A stretch of 64,000 nucleotides of DNA from an uncultured Chloroflexia bacterium (lineage in GTDB: Bacteria; Chloroflexota; Chloroflexia; QHBQ01; JADMIH01), in contig CAWCNY010000006.1 of NCBI GenBank assembly GCA_963797095.1, positions 192,001-256,000 on the forward strand. Reading direction: 5' to 3'. Position 1 is the first letter of the stretch, and the number at the start of each line of letters is the position of its first letter. The notes below the pieces were generated by a model. The model was not told the DNA's origin. It ran no database searches and saw nothing but the letters and a program-made list of their open reading frames with translations. Below, in pieces: positions 40,209-48,702 of this stretch. The position numbers and the translations under genes are program-made.

Positions 40209-41201
40209 TTGGTACAGATGAACATCTTAGGCATTGATTTAGGCGGAACGAAGATACTGGGGATACTGGCGAACGAGCACGGCGAGGTGCTGGACGAGTA
40301 CCTTGTGCCGACGCTGGCGCATGAAGGATTGGAGGCGGTGGTAGGCCGGCTGGTGGACGTGATACAGCGGCTGACGCCGGAAGGCGGGGTGGATGCTATC
40401 GGGGTGGATGTGCCCGCGCCTGTTGATACCAACCAGGGGATATTGTACGCGCCGCCCAACCTGCCAGGGTGGTCCGAAAAGGGCGTGCCGCTTATCCGGA
40501 TATTGAGGGAGAAGTGTGGGTTTGGGGATACGATGCCCGGTATGGTGCTGGTCAATGATGCTAACGCATCAGCCCTTGCCGAATACACCTATGGGGCGGG
40601 GTGCGAGACGGTGTTGGGACGCAAGATCAAGCACATGGTCTTCCTGACGGTGAGCACGGGGATCGGCGGTGGGGTGATCACAGATGGCAAACTGCTGCTG
40701 GGGGCCAACGGGTTCGCCGCAGAGTTGGGGCACATCGTGATCGACGCTTTCGGGTACAGGTGTAACTGTGGGAATGTTGGCTGCCTGGAGGCGATGGCTT
40801 CGGGGACGGCGCTGGGGCGAGAGGCCTCGATTATCGTGGAGGCACGTCCCGATACCCGGATGGCCGAGCTTGCAGGGGGAGATCCGAAGAATGTGACGGC
40901 GAAGATAGTGGTGCAGGCGGCGCAGGAAGACGATCCGGTGGCGCTGGAGCTGATGAGGCGAGAGGCATCGCTGGTGGCCGCAGGGGTAACAGGGTTTGTT
41001 CATTCGTTCAACCCGCAATTGATCGTGATCGGCGGGGGAGTGAGCCACGCTGGAGACCTGCTGTTCGTGCCGCTACGCGCCGACGTGACGCGGGCTGTTA
41101 TGCCACCGTTTGTGGGCACTTATGAAATAGTGCCGGCCCGGGTAGGCGACAAATCGGCGGCCCTGGGCGCGGTGGCGGCGGTGCTGCATTTGGGACCATA
41201 G
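40209..41201 (+). CDS. ROK-family sugar kinase (glucokinase-like)
   Basis: GIDLGGTK, NDANASALAE, STGIGGG, ELGH, CNCGNVGCLEA. Confidence 0.93.
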   Translation: MVQMNILGIDLGGTKILGILANEHGEVLDEYLVPTLAHEGLEAVVGRLVDVIQRLTPEGGVDAIGVDVPAPVDTNQGILYAPPNLPGWSEKGVPLIRILREKCGFGDTMPGMVLVNDANASALAEYTYGAGCETVLGRKIKHMVFLTVSTGIGGGVITDGKLLLGANGFAAELGHIVIDAFGYRCNCGNVGCLEAMASGTALGREASIIVEARPDTRMAELAGGDPKNVTAKIVVQAAQEDDPVALELMRREASLVAAGVTGFVHSFNPQLIVIGGGVSHAGDLLFVPLRADVTRAVMPPFVGTYEIVPARVGDKSAALGAVAAVLHLGP

Positions 41202-41209
41202 ACGAAGGG

Positions 41210-41330
41210 CGGTAGTTTCAAGTTCCAAGTTCCTGGTTGTTGGTAGTCGGTAGTCGGAGGGCTTGTGACGGAGTGTGTAGTACGTCGTATACAATAAAGA
41301 CTGTCACTCGTCACTCGTCACTCGTTACGT
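41210..41330. repeat. Heptameric tandem-repeat element
   Basis: GTTTCAA-GTTCCAA-GTTCCTG, (GGTAGTC)2, (GTCACTC)3. Confidence 0.8.
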
Positions 41331-41346
41331 ATCAGGATGGCATTTC

Positions 41347-41745
41347 ATGGCAGATAGCGATGCCGGTAGCGAGCATGAGCACGAAGTTGATAACGCGCCT
41401 ATGGTTGGGCGGCCTACATTGCTGGTGACGTTCAGTGCGAAGTTGGACGGGCAGGCGGTGATGTCGGCGCTGGGCAAGGTTGGGTATCCGGTAAGCGATG
41501 TGCGCATTTATCACAGGCCGGTGGGAACCGACCAGGTGATCGATGCGCTGACGAGAGAGGTGCCTGCCGGGGAAGCGCTGGCGCGAAATGTCACGGCGAG
41601 CAAAGATGGGCGCAAATTGGACACGCTGGTGCTGCTGCACCCGGATGGGGCGCAGTTTGTGGCTGTGAAGGGTGCGCTGGATCAACTGGGTGTGGCCGAC
41701 TATAAGTATTCCGAAGGTTCGGTCTTCGAGGGCGTGGAAGAGTGA
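41347..41745 (+). CDS. Hypothetical protein
   Basis: Co-oriented ORF filling the operon gap, protein-like composition. Confidence 0.6.
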   Translation: MADSDAGSEHEHEVDNAPMVGRPTLLVTFSAKLDGQAVMSALGKVGYPVSDVRIYHRPVGTDQVIDALTREVPAGEALARNVTASKDGRKLDTLVLLHPDGAQFVAVKGALDQLGVADYKYSEGSVFEGVEE

Positions 41746-41799
41746 TGCAGGGAATGCCTGGTGATTGGCGCAATTGTTGATGGTCATAGATAGAGAGTA

Positions 41800-42465
41800 T
41801 TGATGAGTTTTAACTTCGATCCTGAGCGCTTTCTAGGTTTTATGCTGGCGTTTGTGATAGGGACAACCTTTCACGAGTTCATGCATGCTTATTCGGCGCA
41901 TTTGTTAGGGGACGATACAGCCAAGAACCAGGGGCGGGTTACGCTGAATCCCGCCGCGCACTTCGATCCGCTTGGTTTCTTTTTTGGGCTGTTGCTGGCG
42001 CTTGGCATAGGTTTTATCGCCTGGGGGCGGCCTGTGCCTGTCAATCCATCGAATATGCGATGGGGCAGGCGTGGAATGTCGATAGTGGCGGTGGCCGGGC
42101 CGCTGGCGAACCTGGCTTTTGCCGCGGTTTTGCTGCCGATTGTGAAGCTTGGGGCAGGGGCATTGCCGGACTCGGTGGTCGGTGTGGTGTTCAACATGAT
42201 CCAGCTTAACTTTCTGCTGTTTTGCTTCAACCTGATCCCGATCCCGCCGCTGGATGGGTTCAATATGCTGGTGGGTATACTGCCTAACTACTGGACGATG
42301 GTGCTTGAGCCGATCAGGCGCTACAGCTTGCCGATCCTGATCGGGTTGGTGTTCATAGTGCCGCTGCTTGGCAGGCAGGTGGGCATAGGGCTGGACCCGG
42401 TTAGCCAGGTGCTTTTCCCTGTGTACCAGCTATTGAATCGCATCTTCTTTGGCTCGATCGGATGA
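41800..42465 (+). CDS. Site-2 protease (M50)
   Basis: HEFMH, AGPLAN, FNLIPIPPLDG. Confidence 0.93.
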   Translation: MMSFNFDPERFLGFMLAFVIGTTFHEFMHAYSAHLLGDDTAKNQGRVTLNPAAHFDPLGFFFGLLLALGIGFIAWGRPVPVNPSNMRWGRRGMSIVAVAGPLANLAFAAVLLPIVKLGAGALPDSVVGVVFNMIQLNFLLFCFNLIPIPPLDGFNMLVGILPNYWTMVLEPIRRYSLPILIGLVFIVPLLGRQVGIGLDPVSQVLFPVYQLLNRIFFGSIG

Positions 42466-42472
42466 CGCGTGA

Positions 42473-43030
42473 TTGTGTTTGCCGACTGATTTGGTGACTC
42501 GTTGGGCGTACAGGGCGCGCCAGTTTTTCACCGCTCTCGCGGGGCGGGTCAGAAAGGACGAGATGGCGGAAGCGCGGCAGGTGCTTGGAGATGGGCTGTT
42601 CGCGGTGTTTGCCATAATGCCCAGGCAGTACATGCGGCATGCGCTCAATGTTTACAGGCGCGCGAGTGATGCTGGTTGTGAGGACCTTGATGTGTTACAG
42701 GCCGCGCTGCTGCATGACTCAGGCAAGTACGATCCTGCCAGCGGGCGCTATGTGACCGTGGGCCACCGGGTGGCTGTGGTGCTGCTTGGGGGGGTGCCGG
42801 TAGGCAGGCGCTTGTTGGCCGCAGTATCGAGGCGGAGAGGGGCGCGTGGGTTGGGCGGCTGGATTCTTTACCCGTTCTATTTGAGCAGATATCATGCGCG
42901 GCTTGGCGCGGAGTTGGCGGCGCGCCGGGGGGCGTCTGACGAGGTGATAAGATTGATCGAGCGACACCAGGACGACGGGGGAGAAGACGACAAGCTGAGA
43001 GTCTTGCAGGCGGCGGATGATAGAGAGTAG
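42473..43030 (+). CDS. HD-domain protein
   Basis: RHALNV, AALLHDSGK, HARLGA, RHQ, LQAADD. Confidence 0.8.
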   Translation: MCLPTDLVTRWAYRARQFFTALAGRVRKDEMAEARQVLGDGLFAVFAIMPRQYMRHALNVYRRASDAGCEDLDVLQAALLHDSGKYDPASGRYVTVGHRVAVVLLGGVPVGRRLLAAVSRRRGARGLGGWILYPFYLSRYHARLGAELAARRGASDEVIRLIERHQDDGGEDDKLRVLQAADDRE

Positions 43031-43820
43031 CGTAAACGGGAATATGAATGGGAACGGCACGTTCCAGGTGCGGCTCGATGTGTTTGAGGGGCCGCTCGAC
43101 TTGCTGTTGAAGCTGATTGAGAAGCGGCAACTTGACATAAGTAAAGTAGCGTTGGCCGAGGTGGCTGATAGCTTCCTGCATTACCTCGAAGCTTATCCTG
43201 ATATGCCGCCGGGGCCGCTGGCCTCGTTCGTGTGGGTGGCGAGCAAGCTGATATTGATCAAGTCGCAGGCGCTGCTGCCGAAGCCGCCTTTGCCCAGGAC
43301 TGGCGAGGAAGAGGAAGACCCAGGCGACGAACTGGTGCGGAGGTTGGAGGCGTACAAGCGCGTGCAGGACGCCGCGAAGTGGCTGCGAGAAAGAGAGAGC
43401 GCGGGGTTACGCTCGTATGAGAGGTTGGCGCTGCCGGAGGGGGATGGAGATGGACGCGAGAAGACGCCGGAGGAGATGGGGAACGGGCTGGAAGGGGTGT
43501 CTTTGCAGAAACTTGTGAAACTGGTGCAAAGGCGTATGCAGCTACAGTTGCAGTTGCATGCGGGGATGCCGAGGGGCACTATTACACGCGGTCATGTGGT
43601 GACGGTGGCCGAGAAGGTGGCGCATCTGCGCTCGCGGTTGGGGCGATTGAAAGAAGGTGGGCGCATATCGTTGAGTGATGAGTTTGAGCGAGCGACCACG
43701 CATTCGCGCACGGAACTGGTGGTGTTGTTCCTGGCGGTGCTGGAACTGGTGAGGCGGAAGCTGGCCTGGGCCGAGCAAGACGAATTGTTCGGGGAGATAT
43801 GGCTGAGGAGGCGCGCATGA
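43017..43820 (+). CDS. scpA: Segregation and condensation protein A
   Basis: FEGPLDLLLKLIEK, IKSQALLP, FLAVLELVR...QDELFGEI. Confidence 0.93.
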   Translation: MIESSVNGNMNGNGTFQVRLDVFEGPLDLLLKLIEKRQLDISKVALAEVADSFLHYLEAYPDMPPGPLASFVWVASKLILIKSQALLPKPPLPRTGEEEEDPGDELVRRLEAYKRVQDAAKWLRERESAGLRSYERLALPEGDGDGREKTPEEMGNGLEGVSLQKLVKLVQRRMQLQLQLHAGMPRGTITRGHVVTVAEKVAHLRSRLGRLKEGGRISLSDEFERATTHSRTELVVLFLAVLELVRRKLAWAEQDELFGEIWLRRRA

Positions 43821-44893
43821 ACATCTACAACAGACGTATGTTCGCGCAGCTTGAGGATTGGATCGAGAGGAGCGAGCGGCCACCGATCATCACTATGACC
43901 ACGGACTTCGGGCAGTATGATGGGTATGTCGGCACGATGAAGGGGGTTATTCATACGCTGCTGCCGAATGCGAAGCTGGTGGATATCAGCCACGAGATTT
44001 CGCCGCACCAGATCAACGAGGGGGCGTTTATTCTGTACAGGGCGTATCGCTACTTCCCGGCGGGAGCGGTGCATATCGCGGTGGTGGACCCAGGGGTGGG
44101 GAGCGACAGGCGTCCTATCGTGCTGGTGATGCGGCACGGGATTTTTGTAGGCCCGGACAACGGAATATTTACGTATGTGTTGAGGGCGGAGCTGGCTGCA
44201 CAGCACGAGGCGGAACGTGGGCCTGAAGAGGATGGTGAAGACGCGGCCAACCCTGGGGGCGACGGGTTGGAACTGCCTGGCGGTCCTGCCTGGGCGGGAG
44301 GGATGTGGGGCGTTGCGCCCAACTGGGAAGGGGATGAGCCTGCCGGGAGGCGCAGGCGAGCACACAGGTTCGGGCAGGGCGGAGAAGCGGACCTGCCGAG
44401 GGCATACCACCTGGACAAGCCGAATTACTGGCTACCGACCGTAAGCAGCACATTTCATGGGCGGGATATATTCGCGCCTGTGGCGGCGCACCTTGCCAGC
44501 GGGGCGCAACCCGACCGGATTGGAAGCCGTATCTCGCTCGACAGCCTGATAAAACTGCCCATAGGCGCGCCTCGCGTGTATAGATCGGGGAAGAGCGTGA
44601 CGATAGTGGGCCAGATAGTGCACGTGGACAGGTTCGGGAACATCATCACGAATCTGCCCGACAGGCTGCTCGCGCCGATACTGGCGAAGCACGGAGAGCC
44701 GCTGGTGGAGGTTGGTGGGCATTCTATCAAGGGGCTGGCGGAGTCGTACATGGATGTAAAGGAAGGGCAGCCTGTGGCGCTGATGGGGTCGGAGCGTTTG
44801 TTGGAGATAGCTGTGCGTAACTCGAACGCCGCGCACAGGATGAAGGTGCGCACCGGAGACCCGGTGAGGATAACAGTTTGGCGGGAGGAGTAG
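43817..44893 (+). CDS. SAM hydrolase / SAM-dependent halogenase family (DUF62) protein
   Basis: TTDFG.YDGYVG.MKGVI, VVDPGVGS.RR, GPDNG, SSTFHGRDIFAP, VDRFGNIITN. Confidence 0.9.
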   Translation: MNIYNRRMFAQLEDWIERSERPPIITMTTDFGQYDGYVGTMKGVIHTLLPNAKLVDISHEISPHQINEGAFILYRAYRYFPAGAVHIAVVDPGVGSDRRPIVLVMRHGIFVGPDNGIFTYVLRAELAAQHEAERGPEEDGEDAANPGGDGLELPGGPAWAGGMWGVAPNWEGDEPAGRRRRAHRFGQGGEADLPRAYHLDKPNYWLPTVSSTFHGRDIFAPVAAHLASGAQPDRIGSRISLDSLIKLPIGAPRVYRSGKSVTIVGQIVHVDRFGNIITNLPDRLLAPILAKHGEPLVEVGGHSIKGLAESYMDVKEGQPVALMGSERLLEIAVRNSNAAHRMKVRTGDPVRITVWREE

Positions 44894-45167
44894 TACATAC
44901 GCTATTTGCTGTATTTTCGCAGTATTGTTGCCTGGCAAGCGGCAGAATCGCTTGCGTTGGCCTCCTCCGATGGGTTATCATGCCCCTTGCGCCACGCAGA
45001 TAGCGTGCGCCCCTGCTCTATGAGCATGAAAACTGGGATACGTGCTTCTACGTCTAACGTTGCATACGCGGTAGCTTCGTCCGGATTTGCCCTGTACGTG
45101 TTCCAGCCAGGGAGGGAGCAATTGTGCAACCTCCAATCCTTGCTATGTTGAGGAGGCAACTTTACAA

Positions 45168-47315
45168 ATGGCACGTACTTTGCCTAAGGGAGGCAAAGGC
45201 TCGATAGGAGAGGACGCGGAAGCTGTGGCGCGAAATGAGGGCGGCCGATCTTCGCGCAACGACAAGCACAACGGGAACGGAGTAATGGACTCCACCCAGG
45301 TATCATCTCAATCTTCCTTATTCTCCGGCAAGACTTCGCGTTCCGGCTCCCGCCAGCGCAAGGCTATGGGCGACGCCCAGGAGAGCCTCAACTCCCTGCT
45401 TCAATCTCCGGCTGACAACGGTCAGCCAATCATCCTGTCATCATCAGGCGCGGTGCGTAACACGAAGGGGCGAATCGCAAGCCCCAAAGCGAACGGCGCG
45501 CATCCCACTTCCCGGCCCGGAAGCGCGGGCCAGTTGATCGACGGCGATACGGCCAGAGAGGTCGAGTCGGGTTCCACCGACCGCTTGCTGGCTATAGTTC
45601 CCCACACGCAGCCACTCTATGAGGACGAGGAGGTACACGACGTACCGCAGTCGCGCCTCTCTATGGGTCTGCAAATCGCGGGCGAGCGCGTGCAATCGGC
45701 GCGTGATCGTGTTGGCCTGCTGATCAAAACAGATAGTGATGAGTTCGGGCTTGGCCCGGTTGGCGCGCATGATGACCTTGCGGTACATAGCTCGCGCAGG
45801 CACGCGGCCCGCTGGGTGACGCGGTATGCAACCCACTTTGTGATCCTGGTGGTGGTGGGAATGCTGGTTGCGTTCGGTGGGCTGAAGGCCCTTACCGTGC
45901 AGAGCGCATTCCCCAATGGCCTGGCTGCCGTGGACAATTACGGGACCGACTACTTCGGCGACGAGGATGGGGGCGACCAGGCTATGAATAGCCAGGACTA
46001 CGCCCTCACTTTGCCGCGTACCGAGCTGGGTGGCACAGACGCCGCCGACAATTCACGCGTTTATGTAGCCCCTATCGAGGGGAAAGACGGGCTGGTAGAG
46101 CAGCAGCCTGTTGAGCGCACGACCGTTACGGCTTATACCGTGCAGGCCGGTGATACGATAGAGTCGGTGGCTGCCAAGTTCAATGTGATGCCGGAAACGG
46201 TGATGGGGTCGAACGGCATCTGGGATTCGGAAGAGGAACTGGCGGCAGGACGGGTGTTGCAGGTGCCACCCATCGATGGCATGTACTATGTACCGAAAGA
46301 GGGCGATACGCTCGATTCGGTGGCGCGCAAGTTCCAGGCCGATCCCTCTATGATCGAGGGGTATGCCGCGAATAACGCAGCGGACGGCACGCTTACGGTA
46401 GGCCAGCCTATCGTGGTGCCGGGCGGTATGATGCCGATGCGCGAGACGGCTATTACGTATGTAGTGCGCAAAGGTGATACTTACAAGAAGATAGCGGCGC
46501 GCTTCGGGATCGATGTTACGACTATACTGCACGCCAACGATATACCCGATCCCACGGTTGCCACGCCGGGCGCGGCTTTGCGCATACTGCCTGTGGCGGG
46601 TATGGAGTACAGGACCCAAACGGGCGATACAGTGTTCTCGGTGGCCGACAAGTTCGGCGTGACGACGCAGATGATCATGGACTTCACACCCAATGGGGTG
46701 ACGACTGCGGACGCGTTTCCGGTTGACAAGCTGCTGATGATCCCAGGCGGCAGCCCACCGAGCGAGGTGGCGGCGGCCAGGTTGGCGGCGGCTCAAGAGG
46801 CGGAGAAGCAGAACGAGAGCAGCACCCAGGCATCAAGCGATAAGCCCAGCCAGTCGGCGGCCAAGCCTGTTACTCCGAAGGCCACGCCCAAGCCTTCGAC
46901 AGCCCCCAAGCCCGCGACCAGCGGGTATACGGGTGGGTCGGGCACGCTTGGGTGGCCCCTGGCCAGCTTTGTAATTACCCAGTACTTCACAAGCTACCAC
47001 AATGGTTTGGACCTGGCAGCGCCTGCGGGCACGCCGATCCACGCCGCAGCAGCAGGCAAGGTGATCTGGTCGGGGTGGCGCACCGATGGGTTGGGGTACT
47101 GCGTGTTCATTGACCACCAGAACGGCCTGACGACAGTGTACGGGCATATGATCAGGCAGCCTGCCGTGTATGTGGGCCAGTATGTGTCGCGCGGGCAGGT
47201 GATAGGGTACGTGGGTTCGACCGGGCACTCGACCGGGCCGCACACGCACTTTATGGTGAAGGTGGGGACGGGGCGCAACTATCGCAACCCGCTGGCTTAC
47301 CTGGGCTCGCGATAA
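45168..47315 (+). CDS. Membrane-anchored LysM x4 + M23 peptidase
   Basis: One TM helix, YTVQAGDT/YVPKEGDT/YVVRKGDT/YRTQTGDT LysM units, HNGLD, YGHM, GSTGHSTGPHTHF. Confidence 0.92.
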   Translation: MARTLPKGGKGSIGEDAEAVARNEGGRSSRNDKHNGNGVMDSTQVSSQSSLFSGKTSRSGSRQRKAMGDAQESLNSLLQSPADNGQPIILSSSGAVRNTKGRIASPKANGAHPTSRPGSAGQLIDGDTAREVESGSTDRLLAIVPHTQPLYEDEEVHDVPQSRLSMGLQIAGERVQSARDRVGLLIKTDSDEFGLGPVGAHDDLAVHSSRRHAARWVTRYATHFVILVVVGMLVAFGGLKALTVQSAFPNGLAAVDNYGTDYFGDEDGGDQAMNSQDYALTLPRTELGGTDAADNSRVYVAPIEGKDGLVEQQPVERTTVTAYTVQAGDTIESVAAKFNVMPETVMGSNGIWDSEEELAAGRVLQVPPIDGMYYVPKEGDTLDSVARKFQADPSMIEGYAANNAADGTLTVGQPIVVPGGMMPMRETAITYVVRKGDTYKKIAARFGIDVTTILHANDIPDPTVATPGAALRILPVAGMEYRTQTGDTVFSVADKFGVTTQMIMDFTPNGVTTADAFPVDKLLMIPGGSPPSEVAAARLAAAQEAEKQNESSTQASSDKPSQSAAKPVTPKATPKPSTAPKPATSGYTGGSGTLGWPLASFVITQYFTSYHNGLDLAAPAGTPIHAAAAGKVIWSGWRTDGLGYCVFIDHQNGLTTVYGHMIRQPAVYVGQYVSRGQVIGYVGSTGHSTGPHTHFMVKVGTGRNYRNPLAYLGSR

Positions 47316-47337
47316 CGCACACTAATTCGGTCGCAAG

Positions 47338-47366
47338 GAGGCATCCCTCACCGGGATGCCTCTTTT
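47338..47366 (+). terminator. Intrinsic terminator
   Basis: GAGGCATCCC-TCACC-GGGATGCCTC-TTTT. Confidence 0.85.
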
Positions 47367-47506
47367 CTATTGAAGCAATTTACATTCTTACTTGCCCGGA
47401 GCCTGGAAAGGTGGCCGGTGCGCTTTATTTGAGCTTTCGGAAGATTTACCCCCTTTTTCCTGTATCTACCTGTTTCTCTATCATTGCAGATTTTAGATCT
47501 GGCCAT

Positions 47507-47780
47507 TCAAGCGGCGAATAGGTCGTACAGATGCTCCTGAGGAACACCCGCCACAAACTGCTTATGCAGCCAATCGAGCAAGCATCGCCGGTGCACTCGC
47601 TGCATTTCTCTGCGCGCATCCCCGATGGTCACACGAACGTGCTCGCTCGTGCTGGCCTGCAAACTGGCACGCTGCTCATCCAGAAGCGTGTACGCCGCCA
47701 ACACCAACGTCCAGAACCGCTCGATTGCTGTGGCGCTCATCAGTTGGTACTGGTCCAGCCCCAGCAACTCCTTACGGATG
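47507..47780 (-). mobile_element. IS701-family transposase C-terminal remnant
   Basis: KELLGLDQYQLMSATAIERFWTLVLAAY. Confidence 0.7.
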
Positions 47781-47799
47781 GACGTTGGTGGAAAAATAC

Positions 47800-48487
47800 A
47801 ACCCTTGCCTAACTACAGCTACCCCACTGCGACCTCAACAGCGTGCTCAATCCAATTCAGCGATGTGCCCGAAGGCTCTACTTTCTACGGTTTCGTGAGG
47901 TGCATGGCCTGTAGAGGCATAATCAACGGTTACACAACAGGATGCGAGACGGGCAGCCCATGTTTCAAGCCCGGTAACAGTGTCGCAAGGGGGCAGCTTG
48001 CCAAGATCGTCGCAAACGCTGCGGGCTTCAACGAGCCTGCGGGAGCACAACGGTACGAGGACGTAGCACCGGGGTCTACCTTCTACGACTTCATCTGGAG
48101 ACTGTCTGACCGGGGCTATATCAATGGCTATGATTGTGGAGGAGTAGGCGAGCCGTACGGAAGCGGTTCTCTACCGTACTTCCGGCCCAATGGCAACGCC
48201 ACTCGTGGGCAGATATCCAAGATAATGAGTAATGCAGCAGGGTTCAGCGAGCCACCTGGGGAGCAGCTATTTGAGGATGTGCTTCCCGGTTCCACCTTCT
48301 ATGAGTTCGTGGAGCGGTTGGCTTCGCGTGGGGTGATGGGGGGATATGAGTGCGGGGGAGCGGGCGAGCCATGTGGGAGCGGCAGCCTGCCATATTTCAG
48401 GCCGGCTAACAATGCGAGCAGGGGCAGACATCGAAGATCGTAGCCAACACCTTCTACCCCGATTGTGAAACTCCGCGCAAAAGATAG
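47800..48487 (+). pseudogene. Triple SLH-domain remnant
   Basis: FSDVPEGSTFY...RGIINGY...FKPGN...RGQLAKI repeated three times. 5' end truncated by the IS remnant, frameshift near 48422. Confidence 0.8.
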
Positions 48488-48702
48488 TCCCGGTGAATTG
48501 CCGCTCAGGTGAATAATGTCGACCGGCTTCAGTTTGCTGCGGCAGAGTGAAGAATTTCGACTTGGTGATCACAAAGGAGCTAGCGTCGGCGTTGACGCTG
48601 GAGCGTCAGGGCTGTAGGATGGTGATGGTAGGTGCACTGTGGGATTTCCGGTGGACTTTGAGTGTTGTACCCTTTATTCGCATATCGTAGGAGGAGAACG
48701 CA

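Noticed and set aside
44894-45167. c-di-AMP (ydaO) riboswitch before LysM-M23
   Set aside because: Only GCAGAATC resembles the motif. The second GAAUC and the G-rich pairing elements are absent.
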